The notes: generated by a model not told the origin, from the letters alone. Positions 29,841 to 41,079 are shown, counted from the first letter of the stretch. The stretch: DNA of 64,000 nt from an uncultured Desulfosarcina sp. (GCA_963674945.2 CAXXWQ010000004.1:3168001-3232000), one strand, 5' to 3'. A program made the numbers and translations.

Positions 29841-31403
29841 CTATTTATCAAAAGAGAGGAGGTGGGTTCGAAGATTGATCCGTTTGTTTTTCAATCCCAG
29901 TTTCGTTCGGATGCGCTGCCTGTGAAACAGGACCGTGTTTTTGGAGATAAAGAGGATTTCGGCAATCTCCTTGTTGGTCTTTCCCTCTTTGATCAGGTTG
30001 GCCACTCGGATCTCGGCGGGTGTGAAATTGAAGTATCGGGATGATACCCTGCTAATAAAGGGGGAGATGATATTTTCCAGGTTTGTCTGGAGAATTTCCA
30101 GCAAGGTGGCCTGCTGGGGCTCAAGCCGTCCCTTTTTCAATCGGGAGAGATAGGGAATCACCAACTCCTTGACATTGGACAGGACGTTTTCCTGGACCTC
30201 CTTCTTGTCCATCTCCCTTTGTTTCAACAAGACACGCAGTGCCGTGTTCACCTCCTCCAGGTGGTTGGATTGGGCTCGCAGCGCGGCATCCGCCCTTTTT
30301 CGTTCGTCGATTTGCTGCTGGAGTCGGCGGTTGGCTTCGGCCAATGCCGCCGTTCTCTCCTGAATCCGTTCCTCCAGCTGATCCTGGTATTGCAACAGCA
30401 CCGCTTCGGCCTTTTTCCGAGAGCTGATATCCCGAAGGGTAACAATATTACCGGCCTGCTTGCCGTCGGACCCGAAAAACAGTGTCGAACTGATCTGGAC
30501 GTCCAAAATACTCCCGTTTTTCGCCAGCCGTTTGGTTTCGAACAGGGTAATCTTGCTCCCGCTTCGCATTCGATCAATGGCTGCCTCGGTTTCGGGCCAA
30601 CATTCGGAAGGGACGAAATCGATGCGCTTTCCCAGCAGTTCATCGCGGGAATAGCCGAACGTCTGTTCGAAGGCGGGATTGACATAGGTGGCCTCTCCCG
30701 TCATATCATAAACGACGATGGGATCCGGGGAGGATTCCAGAAAAGAGAGGTAACGCCGGCTGCTGTCACGGATGCGCGCCTCTGTTTTTTTCTGTTCGGC
30801 CAATTCACGGGTCAGTTTGCCGTACAGGGATGCTTTTTCCAGAGCCAGCAGTGCCAGGGCGGCGAATCGTTCCAGGACGGCAATATCCTCTTCGTCGAAC
30901 CGCTTGTCCGGGTCCACGTGGGCAAGACCAATGACCCCCTGCACCCGCCGGTCCGATTTGAGCGGAATCCCCACGATGCAGTGCAAACCATCCAGCTCCG
31001 GATCCTTCAGCCGGCCGTGCCAGCGGTGGTAGTCCGCCACCAGCACGGGGGCTTCCGTCTGCCATACCCTTCCCCCCATCCCCTGTCCAATGCGCACGGT
31101 TCGGCCCAGCTGGTTGGCGAAAAAGCCTTTTCCCACCCGCATGGTCATCTCTTGGTTGTCCGCGTCCAAAAGGTAGATATAGCCATGCTGGGTGCCGGTG
31201 AGAAAGGCGGCACGCTCGATGATGGTCTCTAAAAGCTCTTCTTTGTCGATCTTGTCGAGAAGCCCCAATGCCGTTTCATGAAGAGCCCTGAGCGAAGCGT
31301 TTTTTCTCCGATTCCGCTGGTTTGGCGATTTGGATTCCGTGTTTTCGATCATTCCGGACGGTGATCGTAAATCGTAGAAGAGGGGTTTTGCATCTGAATT
31401 CAT
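29841..31403 (-). CDS. GAF-PAS-LuxR HTH transcriptional regulator
   Basis: GAF (GRVWQT...VGIPL), PAS (ESSPDPI...YVNPAF...RDIS), LuxR HTH (FTPAEIRVANLIKEGKTNKEIA); start uncertain. Confidence 0.87.
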   Translation of the reverse strand: MNSDAKPLFYDLRSPSGMIENTESKSPNQRNRRKNASLRALHETALGLLDKIDKEELLETIIERAAFLTGTQHGYIYLLDADNQEMTMRVGKGFFANQLGRTVRIGQGMGGRVWQTEAPVLVADYHRWHGRLKDPELDGLHCIVGIPLKSDRRVQGVIGLAHVDPDKRFDEEDIAVLERFAALALLALEKASLYGKLTRELAEQKKTEARIRDSSRRYLSFLESSPDPIVVYDMTGEATYVNPAFEQTFGYSRDELLGKRIDFVPSECWPETEAAIDRMRSGSKITLFETKRLAKNGSILDVQISSTLFFGSDGKQAGNIVTLRDISSRKKAEAVLLQYQDQLEERIQERTAALAEANRRLQQQIDERKRADAALRAQSNHLEEVNTALRVLLKQREMDKKEVQENVLSNVKELVIPYLSRLKKGRLEPQQATLLEILQTNLENIISPFISRVSSRYFNFTPAEIRVANLIKEGKTNKEIAEILFISKNTVLFHRQRIRTKLGLKNKRINLRTHLLSFDK

Positions 31404-31554
31404 TGAAAATACACATACCAATTCCCAATCGGTATTGTCAATGATTTCGCATTGACATCGATAATTCGGGTTGATAGATAAAAAAGTTTCGGCAAAGGGT
31501 ATTTCCCTTCTATCGGTCGGGCAACGGCATACTGTACGCGATTGTTGGCATGGA

Positions 31555-31827
31555 ATGAAATCCGTTGAATCCAGAAAAATTCGAATTGTCAATGATCTCG
31601 GGCTTCATGCCCGGTCTGCGGCCCGTCTGGCGCAGCTGGCCGGAGAGGCCAAAGGCGGTGTATGGGTAATGAAAAACGAAGAGGTGGTCGATGCCACCTC
31701 CATGTTGGACATCCTGACGTTGAATTGCCCCAAAGATACAATGATCACCATCGGTATCGAAGACGAAGCGGACAGAACTGTTTTGGAGCGCATATGCGAA
31801 CTGGTGCGCTCCGGGTTTGGAGAGTAG
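31555..31827 (+). CDS. ptsH: Phosphocarrier protein HPr
   Basis: GLHARSAA (His15 motif) and DATSML (Ser46 region). Confidence 0.92.
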   Translation: MKSVESRKIRIVNDLGLHARSAARLAQLAGEAKGGVWVMKNEEVVDATSMLDILTLNCPKDTMITIGIEDEADRTVLERICELVRSGFGE

Positions 31828-31833
31828 CCGTTC

Positions 31834-33612
31834 ATGGAAGACAATGAAATCCAGGAAGTGATCCTCCATGGCATTGGCGCGTCCCCGGGGATATGCATCG
31901 GCAAAGCCTACCTCGTGGACAGCGAAGGCGTGGATGTCGTCAAGAAGTATATCCTGCGAGAAGAGTCGATTTCAAACGAAATCAATCGTTTCAAGACAGC
32001 GGTGAAAAAGGCCCGGGATGCCCTGCGACGGATCATCGACGAGACACCCGAAGGGCTGCGCCAGCACGCCCAGATATTGGAGACCCATGTTCTGCTCTTG
32101 GAAGACAAGATGCTCTATGACCGGACCATCGACGTGATCGAGAAGGAACGGGTCAATGCCGAATGGGCGCTGAAAAAGGTGGTCGATGAGGTCAAACCCA
32201 TGTTCGAAAACATGACCGACGACTACCTCAAACAGCGGGCAGAGGACATCACCCATGTTTCCAACCGCATCATGGATAGTTTGGTGGGTGCGGACCCGGT
32301 GAACATCGCCCATATCGACAAGCGGGTGATCCTGGTGGCCCGGGACCTGTCACCGGCCCAGACCAGCCAGATCAATCTGGAACGGATCAAGGGTTTCGTC
32401 ACCAACCGCGGCGGCCGGGCATCCCACACGGGTATCATCGCCAGGACCCTTGAAATTCCGGCGGTATTGGGTGTGGGCAACGCAACATTGAACATCAAAA
32501 ACGATGATATTCTGATCGTCGACGGGAAAACGGGTGCCGTGGTGGTCCATCCCACGGAGAAAACCCTTCTTGAAACCGAAGAGCGAAGGGGAGAGTATGA
32601 GATTCAGCGGGCGTTGATGGTGAGAAAAAGCCATTTGCCCGCCCAGACCCGGAACGGGTGTCGGATTCCGGTGATGGGCAACATCGAACTTCCCGAGGAA
32701 GTGGTGTCGGTCCTGGACAATGGTGGAGACGGCATCGGCCTCTATCGAACCGAATTTCAGTATCTGAGCCGTTCAAACTTTCCCTCCGAGGAGATGCTGT
32801 TTGACAACTACAAGGACGTGGTTGATGTGATGGGGAATCGGCCGGTGACGATTCGGACCCTGGATATCAACGGTGACAAGGCGGTCAGTTACATTCGGGA
32901 CAAACAGGAGGTCAACCCAGCATTGGGGCTTCGTGCCATTCGTTACTGCCTGAAGAAGCCCGAGATCTTCAAGACCCAGCTCAGGGCCATCTTGCGGGCC
33001 GCTGCCTTCGGGGATGTCCGTATCCTCGTCCCCATGATTTCCGGTGTAGAAGAGGTAGACCAGGCAAAGCGGCTTCTGGACGAGGCGGCACTGAGTCTGG
33101 ATCAGCAAGGTGTCGCCTACGATCGCAACGTTCCACTGGGAATCATGATCGAGGTTCCCTCTGCGGCGGTAACAGCAGATCTGTTGGCCGATAAAGTCGA
33201 TTTTTTCAGCATCGGCACCAACGACCTGATCCAGTATACATTGGCCATCGATCGCGGGAATCGGCACGTGGCCCATCTGTATCAACCGCTTCACCCGGCC
33301 ATCTTGCGCATCATCAAGCAAATATGCGATGCGGCCCGGGAAAAGGGCATCAAGACCTACATGTGTGGCGAGATGGCCGGCGAACCCCTGTATGCCCCCA
33401 TTCTGCTCGGTTTGGGGGTGGATGAGCTGAGCATGAATCCCCAGGCCATTCCCCTTGTCAAAAACGCAATTCGCTCCATTGGCGCCTCCGATGTCGACGC
33501 GTTCCTTCATTCGGTGATGAAGATGACCCGCGCCGATGAAATTGAGGCGTACGTTGCGGAAGAATTCGGTGCCATCGTGGAAACGATTGCCCACCAACAA
33601 CAGGAACAATAG
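31834..33612 (+). CDS. ptsI: Phosphoenolpyruvate-protein phosphotransferase (Enzyme I)
   Basis: ASHTGI phospho-His, [27 protein letters not shown]. Confidence 0.96.
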   Translation: MEDNEIQEVILHGIGASPGICIGKAYLVDSEGVDVVKKYILREESISNEINRFKTAVKKARDALRRIIDETPEGLRQHAQILETHVLLLEDKMLYDRTIDVIEKERVNAEWALKKVVDEVKPMFENMTDDYLKQRAEDITHVSNRIMDSLVGADPVNIAHIDKRVILVARDLSPAQTSQINLERIKGFVTNRGGRASHTGIIARTLEIPAVLGVGNATLNIKNDDILIVDGKTGAVVVHPTEKTLLETEERRGEYEIQRALMVRKSHLPAQTRNGCRIPVMGNIELPEEVVSVLDNGGDGIGLYRTEFQYLSRSNFPSEEMLFDNYKDVVDVMGNRPVTIRTLDINGDKAVSYIRDKQEVNPALGLRAIRYCLKKPEIFKTQLRAILRAAAFGDVRILVPMISGVEEVDQAKRLLDEAALSLDQQGVAYDRNVPLGIMIEVPSAAVTADLLADKVDFFSIGTNDLIQYTLAIDRGNRHVAHLYQPLHPAILRIIKQICDAAREKGIKTYMCGEMAGEPLYAPILLGLGVDELSMNPQAIPLVKNAIRSIGASDVDAFLHSVMKMTRADEIEAYVAEEFGAIVETIAHQQQEQ

Positions 33613-33617
33613 GGAAA

Positions 33618-34079
33618 TTGGAGAAAAACCACATCAAATTGGTGGCGGAGAACCGAAAAGCCCGACACGACTATATCATCGAGGACAAATACGAAGCGGG
33701 GATGGTGCTTCGGGGCACAGAAGTCAAGTCCCTTCGCATGGGCAAGGCCAACCTCAAGGATTCCTACGCGAGAATCAAAAACGGAGAGGTCTTCGTATAC
33801 CAGATGCACATCGGCGTCTACCCCTTCGCTTACTACGACAATCACGATCCCCTTCGTCCCAGAAAACTGCTCCTGCATCATCACGAAATAAAGAAGCTGT
33901 ACGGCAAGGTCAATGAAAAGGGGTATGCTCTGATTCCCTTGAAACTCTATTTCAAGGCGGGGAAGGCAAAACTCAGCCTGGCCCTGGCAAAGGGGAAACA
34001 GAGCCATGATAAGCGGGAAACCATCCGGCGTCGCGACCAAAAAAGGGAACTGGAACGGGAACGCAAAAACAATCGATAA
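33618..34079 (+). CDS. smpB: SsrA-binding protein
   Basis: [29 protein letters not shown]. Confidence 0.97.
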   Translation: MEKNHIKLVAENRKARHDYIIEDKYEAGMVLRGTEVKSLRMGKANLKDSYARIKNGEVFVYQMHIGVYPFAYYDNHDPLRPRKLLLHHHEIKKLYGKVNEKGYALIPLKLYFKAGKAKLSLALAKGKQSHDKRETIRRRDQKRELERERKNNR

Positions 34080-34160
34080 GGCCTTACACGGGTTGCGCGT
34101 TTCCATTTTCGTTGAATCCGGCCCATTGGATCAACATTGTGAGGATGGTTTCCAAAAATC

Positions 34161-34679
34161 ATGAACAAGAAGCAGTTTGACCGTAAGAAAAAACCTCCGG
34201 TGTTTACGGGCCCCCGGGAGCGAATCAGCCAGATGCTGGTTCGTGCGCGTCAACTGGAGGGCAATCCCAATGAACTTGCCCGGGGGATGGCGGTTGGTAT
34301 CTTTATTTCCATTACTCCCATCATCCCCTTCCAGACCGTGGCCGCCATCCTGATGGCGTTTCTGGTTCGTGGAAGCAAAGCGGCCGCGGTGTTGGGAACC
34401 TGGTTAAGCAACCCCTTGACCATTCCGTTGGTCTACTATGTCAACTACAAGGTGGGATGTTTGCTGCTGGGGTATGAGAGTGCCGCGGACCGCATCGTAT
34501 TCGGTTCCCTGTTCCAGCTCATGGAACTGGGGCTGGCGGTGACCTCGGCCATGATGGTCGGCGGCGTAATCATCGGCACCATTCTCGGTGTGATCGCCTA
34601 TTTCGTAACCTTTTATCTGTTTGTCACCTTCCGGGAACGGTCAGGGCGCAATCACAACGACCCGGGAATCCAGACATGA
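34161..34679 (+). CDS. DUF2062-family membrane protein
   Basis: PNELARGMAVGIFISITP...SNPLT. Confidence 0.8.
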   Translation: MNKKQFDRKKKPPVFTGPRERISQMLVRARQLEGNPNELARGMAVGIFISITPIIPFQTVAAILMAFLVRGSKAAAVLGTWLSNPLTIPLVYYVNYKVGCLLLGYESAADRIVFGSLFQLMELGLAVTSAMMVGGVIIGTILGVIAYFVTFYLFVTFRERSGRNHNDPGIQT

Positions 34680-35545
34680 CTTCACCGAGAACATTGCTTA
34701 CCGCTTGGAACATCAAGGCCAAAAAACAGCTGGGGCAGAATTTCCTTACTGATCCCAAGATCGCCAGGGCCATTGTCGAGGCTGCCGACATCACAAAGGC
34801 GGAAGTCGTTCTGGAGATCGGGCCCGGCCTGGGTGCCATTACCACCTTCGCCGCCATCCATGCCCGCAAAGTGATCGCGGTGGAAAAGGATCAGCGGATC
34901 ATCGACCTTTTGAAGACGGAGCTTGTGGCAAAAGGTATTGACAACGTGGACGTTCTGCAGGGTGACATTCTTCGAACCGACCTGGCATCCATTGCACGCC
35001 AGGCAAAGGGACGCTTGGTCGTGCTGGGCAACCTGCCCTACAATATCTCATCGCAGGTGGTTGTCCGGCTGATCCAGGCGAGAGGCGGCGTCGATCGGGC
35101 CGTTCTCATGCTTCAACGTGAGATGGCCCAGCGTATCTGCGCGGATCCAGGATCCAAGGACTATGGCCGTCTGTCTGTCATGCTGAAATATTGCGCACGG
35201 ACCAGGACCCTGATGCCGGTAGGGGCATCCCGATTTTTCCCGGCACCCAAAGTGGATTCCACGGTGGTGGTCATCGATTTTTCTGCGCAGGTTGAAGATC
35301 GTGCCAAAGACGAATCACTTCTCTTTCGTGTCGTCAAGGCCGCATTCGGAAAAAGGAGAAAAACATTACGAAACGCATTGTCCCAGAGTGATTTGGATCT
35401 TTCGCCCGGCAGTTGTGATCAATTACTACAAGAGGCCCGGATCGATCCCATGAAGCGGGCCGAACAGATTCCCGTATCGGCGTTTGTCCGGTTGAGCAAC
35501 ACTCTTTTCCATTATCTGGAAGATACCGGTCCTTTCGTTGCTTGA
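34676..35545 (+). CDS. rsmA: 16S rRNA m6,2A dimethyltransferase
   Basis: LGQNFL, EIGPGLG, GNLPYNIS, FFPAPKVDS. Confidence 0.96.
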   Translation: MTSPRTLLTAWNIKAKKQLGQNFLTDPKIARAIVEAADITKAEVVLEIGPGLGAITTFAAIHARKVIAVEKDQRIIDLLKTELVAKGIDNVDVLQGDILRTDLASIARQAKGRLVVLGNLPYNISSQVVVRLIQARGGVDRAVLMLQREMAQRICADPGSKDYGRLSVMLKYCARTRTLMPVGASRFFPAPKVDSTVVVIDFSAQVEDRAKDESLLFRVVKAAFGKRRKTLRNALSQSDLDLSPGSCDQLLQEARIDPMKRAEQIPVSAFVRLSNTLFHYLEDTGPFVA

Positions 35546-35722
35546 TCTTCGATTGGTTGTATGAAAACCGGATGATTTACACCCGGAACCAAACCGAACA
35601 ATTAAAGCGCTGACACGCTTTCGGAGAACCGGCCATTGGCCGAATATCCAGGCCACCCGCTTTCCGGGTGGTTGTTGACGCTGGACATTCAATACGCCGT
35701 TCGGTCGAGATAGGTGATCGAG

Positions 35723-36298
35723 ATGAGAAAATTTCATATCCTGTTGGTGGACGACGACCCATTCATTCTCTCCGGCATCGGAAAGGACCTTGCCGGTGAA
35801 GGCTACGAGGTTACCACGGCGGACAGTGGTGAGCGCGCCATCGGCCTGATGGAAGAAACCATTTTCGACATGGTGATCACAGATCTGGTCATGTACCGCG
35901 TTGACGGCATACAGGTGCTCAAGGCCGCAAAGGCGAAGAATCCGGAAACCATGGTGATGATTCTGACCGGATATGGGGACATGGCATCGGCCATCGATGC
36001 CCTTCGGCTCGATGCCGATGATTACATGCTCAAACCCTGCGAGCCTGACGAGATGAAAATTCGCGTCTCCCGTTGTTTTGAACGGCTGGAAACCGTCCGG
36101 AAACTCAAGTTGTACGAGAAGATGTTGCCCATCTGCTGCGTCTGCAAGATGATTCGTGATGACAGTGGCAGGGAGCCGGGAACGGGTCCGTGGATGACCG
36201 TTGAAAAATACATTTGGGAAAAGGCCGGTGTCGCACCGACGTCAACTTACTGCCCCAAATGTGCCCAATCCGTCAAAAAAGAACTCGGACTCGAATGA
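35723..36298 (+). CDS. Response regulator with C-terminal Cys-rich domain
   Basis: Receiver motifs LLVDDD, ITDLVM, LKP; tail LPICCVCKMIRDD...YCPKC. Confidence 0.88.
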   Translation: MRKFHILLVDDDPFILSGIGKDLAGEGYEVTTADSGERAIGLMEETIFDMVITDLVMYRVDGIQVLKAAKAKNPETMVMILTGYGDMASAIDALRLDADDYMLKPCEPDEMKIRVSRCFERLETVRKLKLYEKMLPICCVCKMIRDDSGREPGTGPWMTVEKYIWEKAGVAPTSTYCPKCAQSVKKELGLE

Positions 36299-36378
36299 TC
36301 TTTGGCCATAAAAGTCCCTTTTGGGCGGCAAGCATCCCCGGTATGCTCCCGTACGTAGCCACGCTGGCACCTACTCTT

Positions 36379-36423
36379 GGCAGATAGACGGAAACGAGGG
36401 AAACGCTTTTTACGAATCCGTCA
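36379..36423 (-). repeat. Partial inverted type B repeat joined to the shared terminus
   Basis: GCAGATAGACGGAAACGAGGGAAA is close to the reverse complement of the type B core; followed by CTTTTTACGAATCCGTCA. Confidence 0.7.
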
Positions 36424-36763
36424 CAATTGTCCAATGGCCAATGCGCTTAGTATACTCAGAGCCACCCAAAGTACGGCTTTTCTCCGTCGCCAGGCGGATC
36501 GTTCCAAAGCAAGATCGACGTGGGGCTCTACCGAAGATGAGTCTTCCGGTGAAAAAAGAAAGAAGAGAACCCTTGCCGATCGAATTTTCCGGATTGCCGC
36601 TTTCATGATCCACCCCCAGCTTCCTCCATCGCGTGAAACATCATCGTTCGTCTCGTTTTGGCGGTTCCATGGAATTGGTACTTGCCGAATCCTACCAGAT
36701 CCGATAAAGGATAACAGATACAGAAATCGAGAAATAAATAAATAACAGAATGAGGTGCAAGCC

Positions 36764-38200
36764 ATGACCACTGCCGTTGAATCCGGCTTTCGGTATGCAA
36801 GGCTGGCGGACGATCTGGAGACGAAAATCAGGGATGGCGTCTATCGCTCCGGGGAAAAACTGCCTTCATTGCGCAAACTGCATGGCCAGACGGGCCTTTC
36901 CATCACAACCGTATACCAGGCCTATATCGAGCTGGAAAAACGGGGCGTGGTGGTGCCGCGACAAAAATCCGGCTACTATGTCAAGCCATTGATAGAACGA
37001 ATCCTGCCGCCGCCGGAAGCGAAGAAATTGCGCCCGGTGCCCAAAAAGGTCACCATGAATGCCCTGGCATACGCCATCGTGGAAGATATGAGTGACCCGG
37101 CGTTTCTCCAACTGGGGGGCTCGGTGGTAATGCCCGAACTTCTCCCCTTCAAGCAACTCACCCGCTGCATGCGTACCCAATCCCAGGAGGTTATGAAGCG
37201 AAGCCTGATGCGATACGAAAACCCATACGGCAATGCCGAATTAAAACGGCAGATCGCAAAGCGCATGGTGGGACAGGCCCGGCCGGACGTTACCGAAGAG
37301 ATGGTCATTACCGCTGGATGCATCGAAGCGGTGCGCCTCTGCCTTGAAGCCGTGGGGGATGCCGGAGACACTGTGGTGGTGGAGTCCCCCACCTACCCGT
37401 GGTTTCTGCAAAATATCGAAGATCAGAAAAAATATGCCCTGGAGATTCCCACGGATCCTGTGACGGGGATCGACCTGGATCAGCTTCAGAGGGCGGTGCG
37501 GAAAAACAGGGTGGCGGCCTGTATTCTGGTTCCCAACATTCACAACCCGTTGGGATTTACCATGCCCCAGGAAAAAAAGGAAGCGCTGGTCGATATGATG
37601 GCCCGGGAAAAGATCCCTATCATCGAGGACAATATCCACGGCGAACTCTATTTTGGACAGTCCCGGCCCTCCACTTTGAAATCACTGGACCGAGAGGGTC
37701 TGGTTCTTCACTGTGCCTCTTTTTCCAAGACCCTCTCGCCAGGCTTGCGGGTGGGGTGGGCGCTTCCGGGACGATTCACCCACCGGGTAAAGCGGTTGAA
37801 AATGGACAGTACCGTTGCTTCTCCCACATTGAATCAACATATGGTGGCCCAGTTTTTAAAGACCGGCGCCTATGACCGTCACCTTCGGCGGCTTCGCACG
37901 GCCCTGAAAAACCAAATCACCAACACGGCCCTTTCCATCGCGCGCCACTTCCCCAAAGGGACGCGAATCACCGCTCCCCAGGGCGGGGTCACCTTGTGGG
38001 TGGAACTCGACGAACGTGTGGACGGGCTAACGGTTTATCAGGAAGCGCGCAAACACAAGATATCCATATTTCCCGGCATCATCTGCTCTTCCACCGATCG
38101 ATACCGGAACTTTATCCGCATCAGTTGTGGCTATCCCTGGGAGGAACGAATCGAGGCGGGAATTATGACCCTGGCGGATATTATCGCAACGTTGATCTGA
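36764..38200 (+). CDS. MocR/GabR-type GntR regulator with PLP aminotransferase domain
   Basis: GEKLPSLRKL wHTH; SFSKTLSPGLRVGW (PLP Lys). Confidence 0.93.
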   Translation: MTTAVESGFRYARLADDLETKIRDGVYRSGEKLPSLRKLHGQTGLSITTVYQAYIELEKRGVVVPRQKSGYYVKPLIERILPPPEAKKLRPVPKKVTMNALAYAIVEDMSDPAFLQLGGSVVMPELLPFKQLTRCMRTQSQEVMKRSLMRYENPYGNAELKRQIAKRMVGQARPDVTEEMVITAGCIEAVRLCLEAVGDAGDTVVVESPTYPWFLQNIEDQKKYALEIPTDPVTGIDLDQLQRAVRKNRVAACILVPNIHNPLGFTMPQEKKEALVDMMAREKIPIIEDNIHGELYFGQSRPSTLKSLDREGLVLHCASFSKTLSPGLRVGWALPGRFTHRVKRLKMDSTVASPTLNQHMVAQFLKTGAYDRHLRRLRTALKNQITNTALSIARHFPKGTRITAPQGGVTLWVELDERVDGLTVYQEARKHKISIFPGIICSSTDRYRNFIRISCGYPWEERIEAGIMTLADIIATLI

Positions 38201-38306
38201 GGGGGCGAATTGGAATATCAATCAACTCCTGATGTGGATTTTAGTGCTTCGGCCGATCGTTCACATCAGTTGATCAGACGGCAAAAAAAATTGTTAGTTA
38301 CATGAA

Positions 38307-38336
38307 TTGACAGAGGCGGGCGGAGAAAGGTACATT
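38307..38336 (+). promoter_or_regulatory. Putative sigma70 promoter upstream of the methyltransferase genes
   Basis: TTGACA-N18-TACATT. Confidence 0.45.
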
Positions 38337-38371
38337 TTTCTATTCAAACTCGTTCCAATCAGCATTTCCAA

Positions 38372-38424
38372 GCATAACGCTACAAATTTCATGATACACA
38401 GATCTGTATCGTAACTTGTTATAC
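38372..38424 (+). other. attC-like palindromic site
   Basis: GCATAAC...TTGTTATAC with central hairpin GATACA/TGTATC, then an RBS and ATG. Confidence 0.45.
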
Positions 38425-38450
38425 CGGCTTTACCAAAACATAGAGGAAAC

Positions 38451-39278
38451 ATGACTGATCGATGGGGTCATAGTGGTACGTGGGAGGATATGCTGCGTCA
38501 GGTATATAAAGGCGTAGACTTAAGAGTCGAGGATCTATATTTACTTGAGGCTTGTGAATTGGAGAGCCTGTACGAACGTGTTACCCACCGCGCGATCGCA
38601 GCAGTGATTCACGCAAACCCGGCACTTCGGCGAGTATGGAGCACCCGTTATCCGGAGATATGCACTTTTATTGATAAAGTCACTACTGCGTATGGCCCTG
38701 CTCCAACCAAGAAAGAACTGGATTTCCTTTCCGACAAGATCGTATGGGAACTCGCTGAGTTATTGGTCTACCATCGTTATCCAAAGATATACGATGAGCG
38801 TGCGGCGATCGCTTGGGACTTCGAGGATTTGACTACAGAAGTCACATTGGCGGATCGTGTGGTGGCCGATGTTGGCGCTGGAACAGGGCGTATCGCATTT
38901 CAGGCGGCGCCGTTCGCACGTTGGGTTTTTGCCGTTGAACCTGTGAGTTCTTTCCGTCGCTTCATGCGTGAGAGAATTCGAACGGAGAAAATTGAAAACG
39001 TTTATGTCGTTGATGGACTCCTCTCCGATATTCCATTACCTGATGGATTTGTCGATGTGCTTGCAACTTCGCAGGCATTTGGATGGTCTTTGGCAGATGA
39101 GTTGCGTGAAATCGAGCGAGTAGTACGTCCGGGTGGGACGGCAATTCATTTCAGCGGAATGCCTGTTGACGAAAACGGACCAATCCATCCAGTCGTCACA
39201 TCCGACAAATGGGGTTACAAATGTAAGCAATACCGTAACCAGGGAGAATGGCATTGCAAGTATATCCGGCATTTTTAA
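38451..39278 (+). CDS. Class I SAM-dependent methyltransferase
   Basis: VADVGAGTGR, FAVEP, ERVVRPGG. Confidence 0.85.
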   Translation: MTDRWGHSGTWEDMLRQVYKGVDLRVEDLYLLEACELESLYERVTHRAIAAVIHANPALRRVWSTRYPEICTFIDKVTTAYGPAPTKKELDFLSDKIVWELAELLVYHRYPKIYDERAAIAWDFEDLTTEVTLADRVVADVGAGTGRIAFQAAPFARWVFAVEPVSSFRRFMRERIRTEKIENVYVVDGLLSDIPLPDGFVDVLATSQAFGWSLADELREIERVVRPGGTAIHFSGMPVDENGPIHPVVTSDKWGYKCKQYRNQGEWHCKYIRHF

Positions 39279-39315
39279 TTACAACCGGATCGGTATTCTC
39301 AAAATAGACAAAAAA

Positions 39316-39374
39316 GCATAACAACCCGGAAGCAATCGACGGCCTGAAGACGCGCGTGATCGGCAACATTCGCT
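39316..39374 (+). other. Degenerate attC-like site
   Basis: GCATAAC-AACC-CGGAAGCA...TGATCGG-CAAC-ATTCGCT; the expected GTT reads ATT. Confidence 0.45.
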
Positions 39375-39391
39375 TCCGAATTGGTAGTACA

Positions 39392-40151
39392 ATGGGTGAT
39401 AAAACAGAAATTGGTAAACTCGCATCTGCAACCGAAACCGATGAATACCGCTTTGGTTATACTCATGAGGAGATAGAGCGGCTAAGGTATCAGCACCACG
39501 TCTGGGCCAAAGACCCGAGCTGGATTCAGCACGGGTGCAACTCTGGTTGATCTCGGTTGCGGCTTCGGTTATACAACTCTCGATCTGACACGAGTCGTCG
39601 GGACGAAGGGGAACGTAATTGCCGTAGATCGGGATGGAGAACGCTCACTCCCGCTATTGAAGGCGCAAGCAGAGGCCGTAGGTCTTTTTAATATTGAGAC
39701 AAGGACTGATAATCTGGAAACTTTTGATCTTCCAGAGGAAAGCGTGGATGGCGTTTATTGTCGATGGGTGCTGATGTATCTTCCCGCGGCAACAGTGAAG
39801 CCGCTGATTGGTCGTATAGCAAAGTGGCTTCGGCCCGGAGGGGTTTGTGCACTCACCGAGTTCTGTGATTACTGTCATATCCATATTCACCCCAAAAGCG
39901 AGTATCTGCCTGAAATCGCAGAGGCTCTCATCCAAGCCGTTTCGGGCGAACGTGGCTGCAACCCGGAGATTGGAAACGATCTTCCCGGATTACTCTGCTC
40001 TGCCGGAATAGACGTCGAGATGAATGTGATCGCCAAGGCAGTTCGCGCCACCACACAAGAATGGCTCTGGCCAGATGCCCTATTCCGAAATCATTTACCT
40101 GCTCTTGTGAATGAAGGTTTCCTTCTTGCGCAAGAATTACAACCCCAATAG
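39392..40151 (+). pseudogene. Frameshifted class I SAM methyltransferase
   Basis: N-terminus EEIERLRYQHHVWAK changes frame near 39511 to TRAGFSTGATLVDLGCGFG, which is continuous with ORF 39657..40151. Confidence 0.82.
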
Positions 40152-40428
40152 CAGGGTCATTAACGCCGCAAAAAAAACACAGCCGACCATGGCCATGCAC
40201 TCCCAAAGACCCCTGCCGGCGCGTCTGGCGAGTCGACACACGTCCCATCGCCGAACCTGTGATGTGATTGTTCTGCCACGATGCCCAAAGGGCATTGCAT
40301 GTCGTGCGCAACGACTTTTTGCGGGAATTACGTTTGCGATGTATCCGACCATGCAGGAAGGCGATGGAAGCAGTCTTGCCACGGCGTGGTCATATCCCAA
40401 GACCATCTGCTCTGATTTATTCATCTTT

Positions 40429-41079
40429 TTACCTCAACTCTCGGCAGATCCAGAGAACCTTTCCGATGATGCGCACACGATCCATCTCCTCACGGGACAA
40501 AAAGATCGGTGCATACTCCTTGTTGTCACTTAAAAGAACGAGTTTGCGCGGATGTTTTTCGATGCGTTTGACCATGATCGTATCCTCTACGCCCACCGCG
40601 TAGACGGTACCGGCGAAAATGTCGGTTTGGGACTGGTCGATGAGCACCGTGTCTCCATCTTTCATCTCCGGCGCCATGGAGTTGCCGAAAACATCCATCA
40701 GGATCATCCGGTCTTTTACCCCCCTGCCTTGCAGCCATGCCGTCCGGAACGAGTAATGGTCTTCGATCTGCTCGCCGATTTCAAAAGAACCGGCCCCGGC
40801 GCAAAGCCGCGCCTGCACTTTCGGAATCGCAAAAAAATCCCCGCCATCGGCATCAACGGGTTTCAACCATTTCGGGCCATCGCCACTCTCCAGCCAGTCG
40901 GGATTCAACCCGTGGCTGCGGAAAAGTGTCAGCAGCCAATTGGCGGGAACGGAGTTCTTTTTACGGGCCTGGGTGATGGAAGAACGATTGACACACAAGA
41001 TGTCGGCCAGTTCGGAAAGGCTTTTAACGCCCAGGGTACCGGATACGCGTTCGAAAAAGGTCTGGAAGTTTTTGTCCAT
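40429..41079 (-). CDS. CI/LexA-like HTH-S24 peptidase repressor
   Basis: N-terminal HTH, CAGAG cleavage site, GNSM (Ser), VKRI (Lys), RIIGKV. Confidence 0.88.
   Translation of the reverse strand: MDKNFQTFFERVSGTLGVKSLSELADILCVNRSSITQARKKNSVPANWLLTLFRSHGLNPDWLESGDGPKWLKPVDADGGDFFAIPKVQARLCAGAGSFEIGEQIEDHYSFRTAWLQGRGVKDRMILMDVFGNSMAPEMKDGDTVLIDQSQTDIFAGTVYAVGVEDTIMVKRIEKHPRKLVLLSDNKEYAPIFLSREEMDRVRIIGKVLWICRELR

Noticed and set aside
33618..34160. tmRNA next to smpB
   Set aside because: No GGGG...CCACCA tRNA-like ends and no room in the flanking intergenic regions.
40429..41079. Prophage marked by the CI-like repressor
   Set aside because: No integrase, cro, replication or structural genes nearby.
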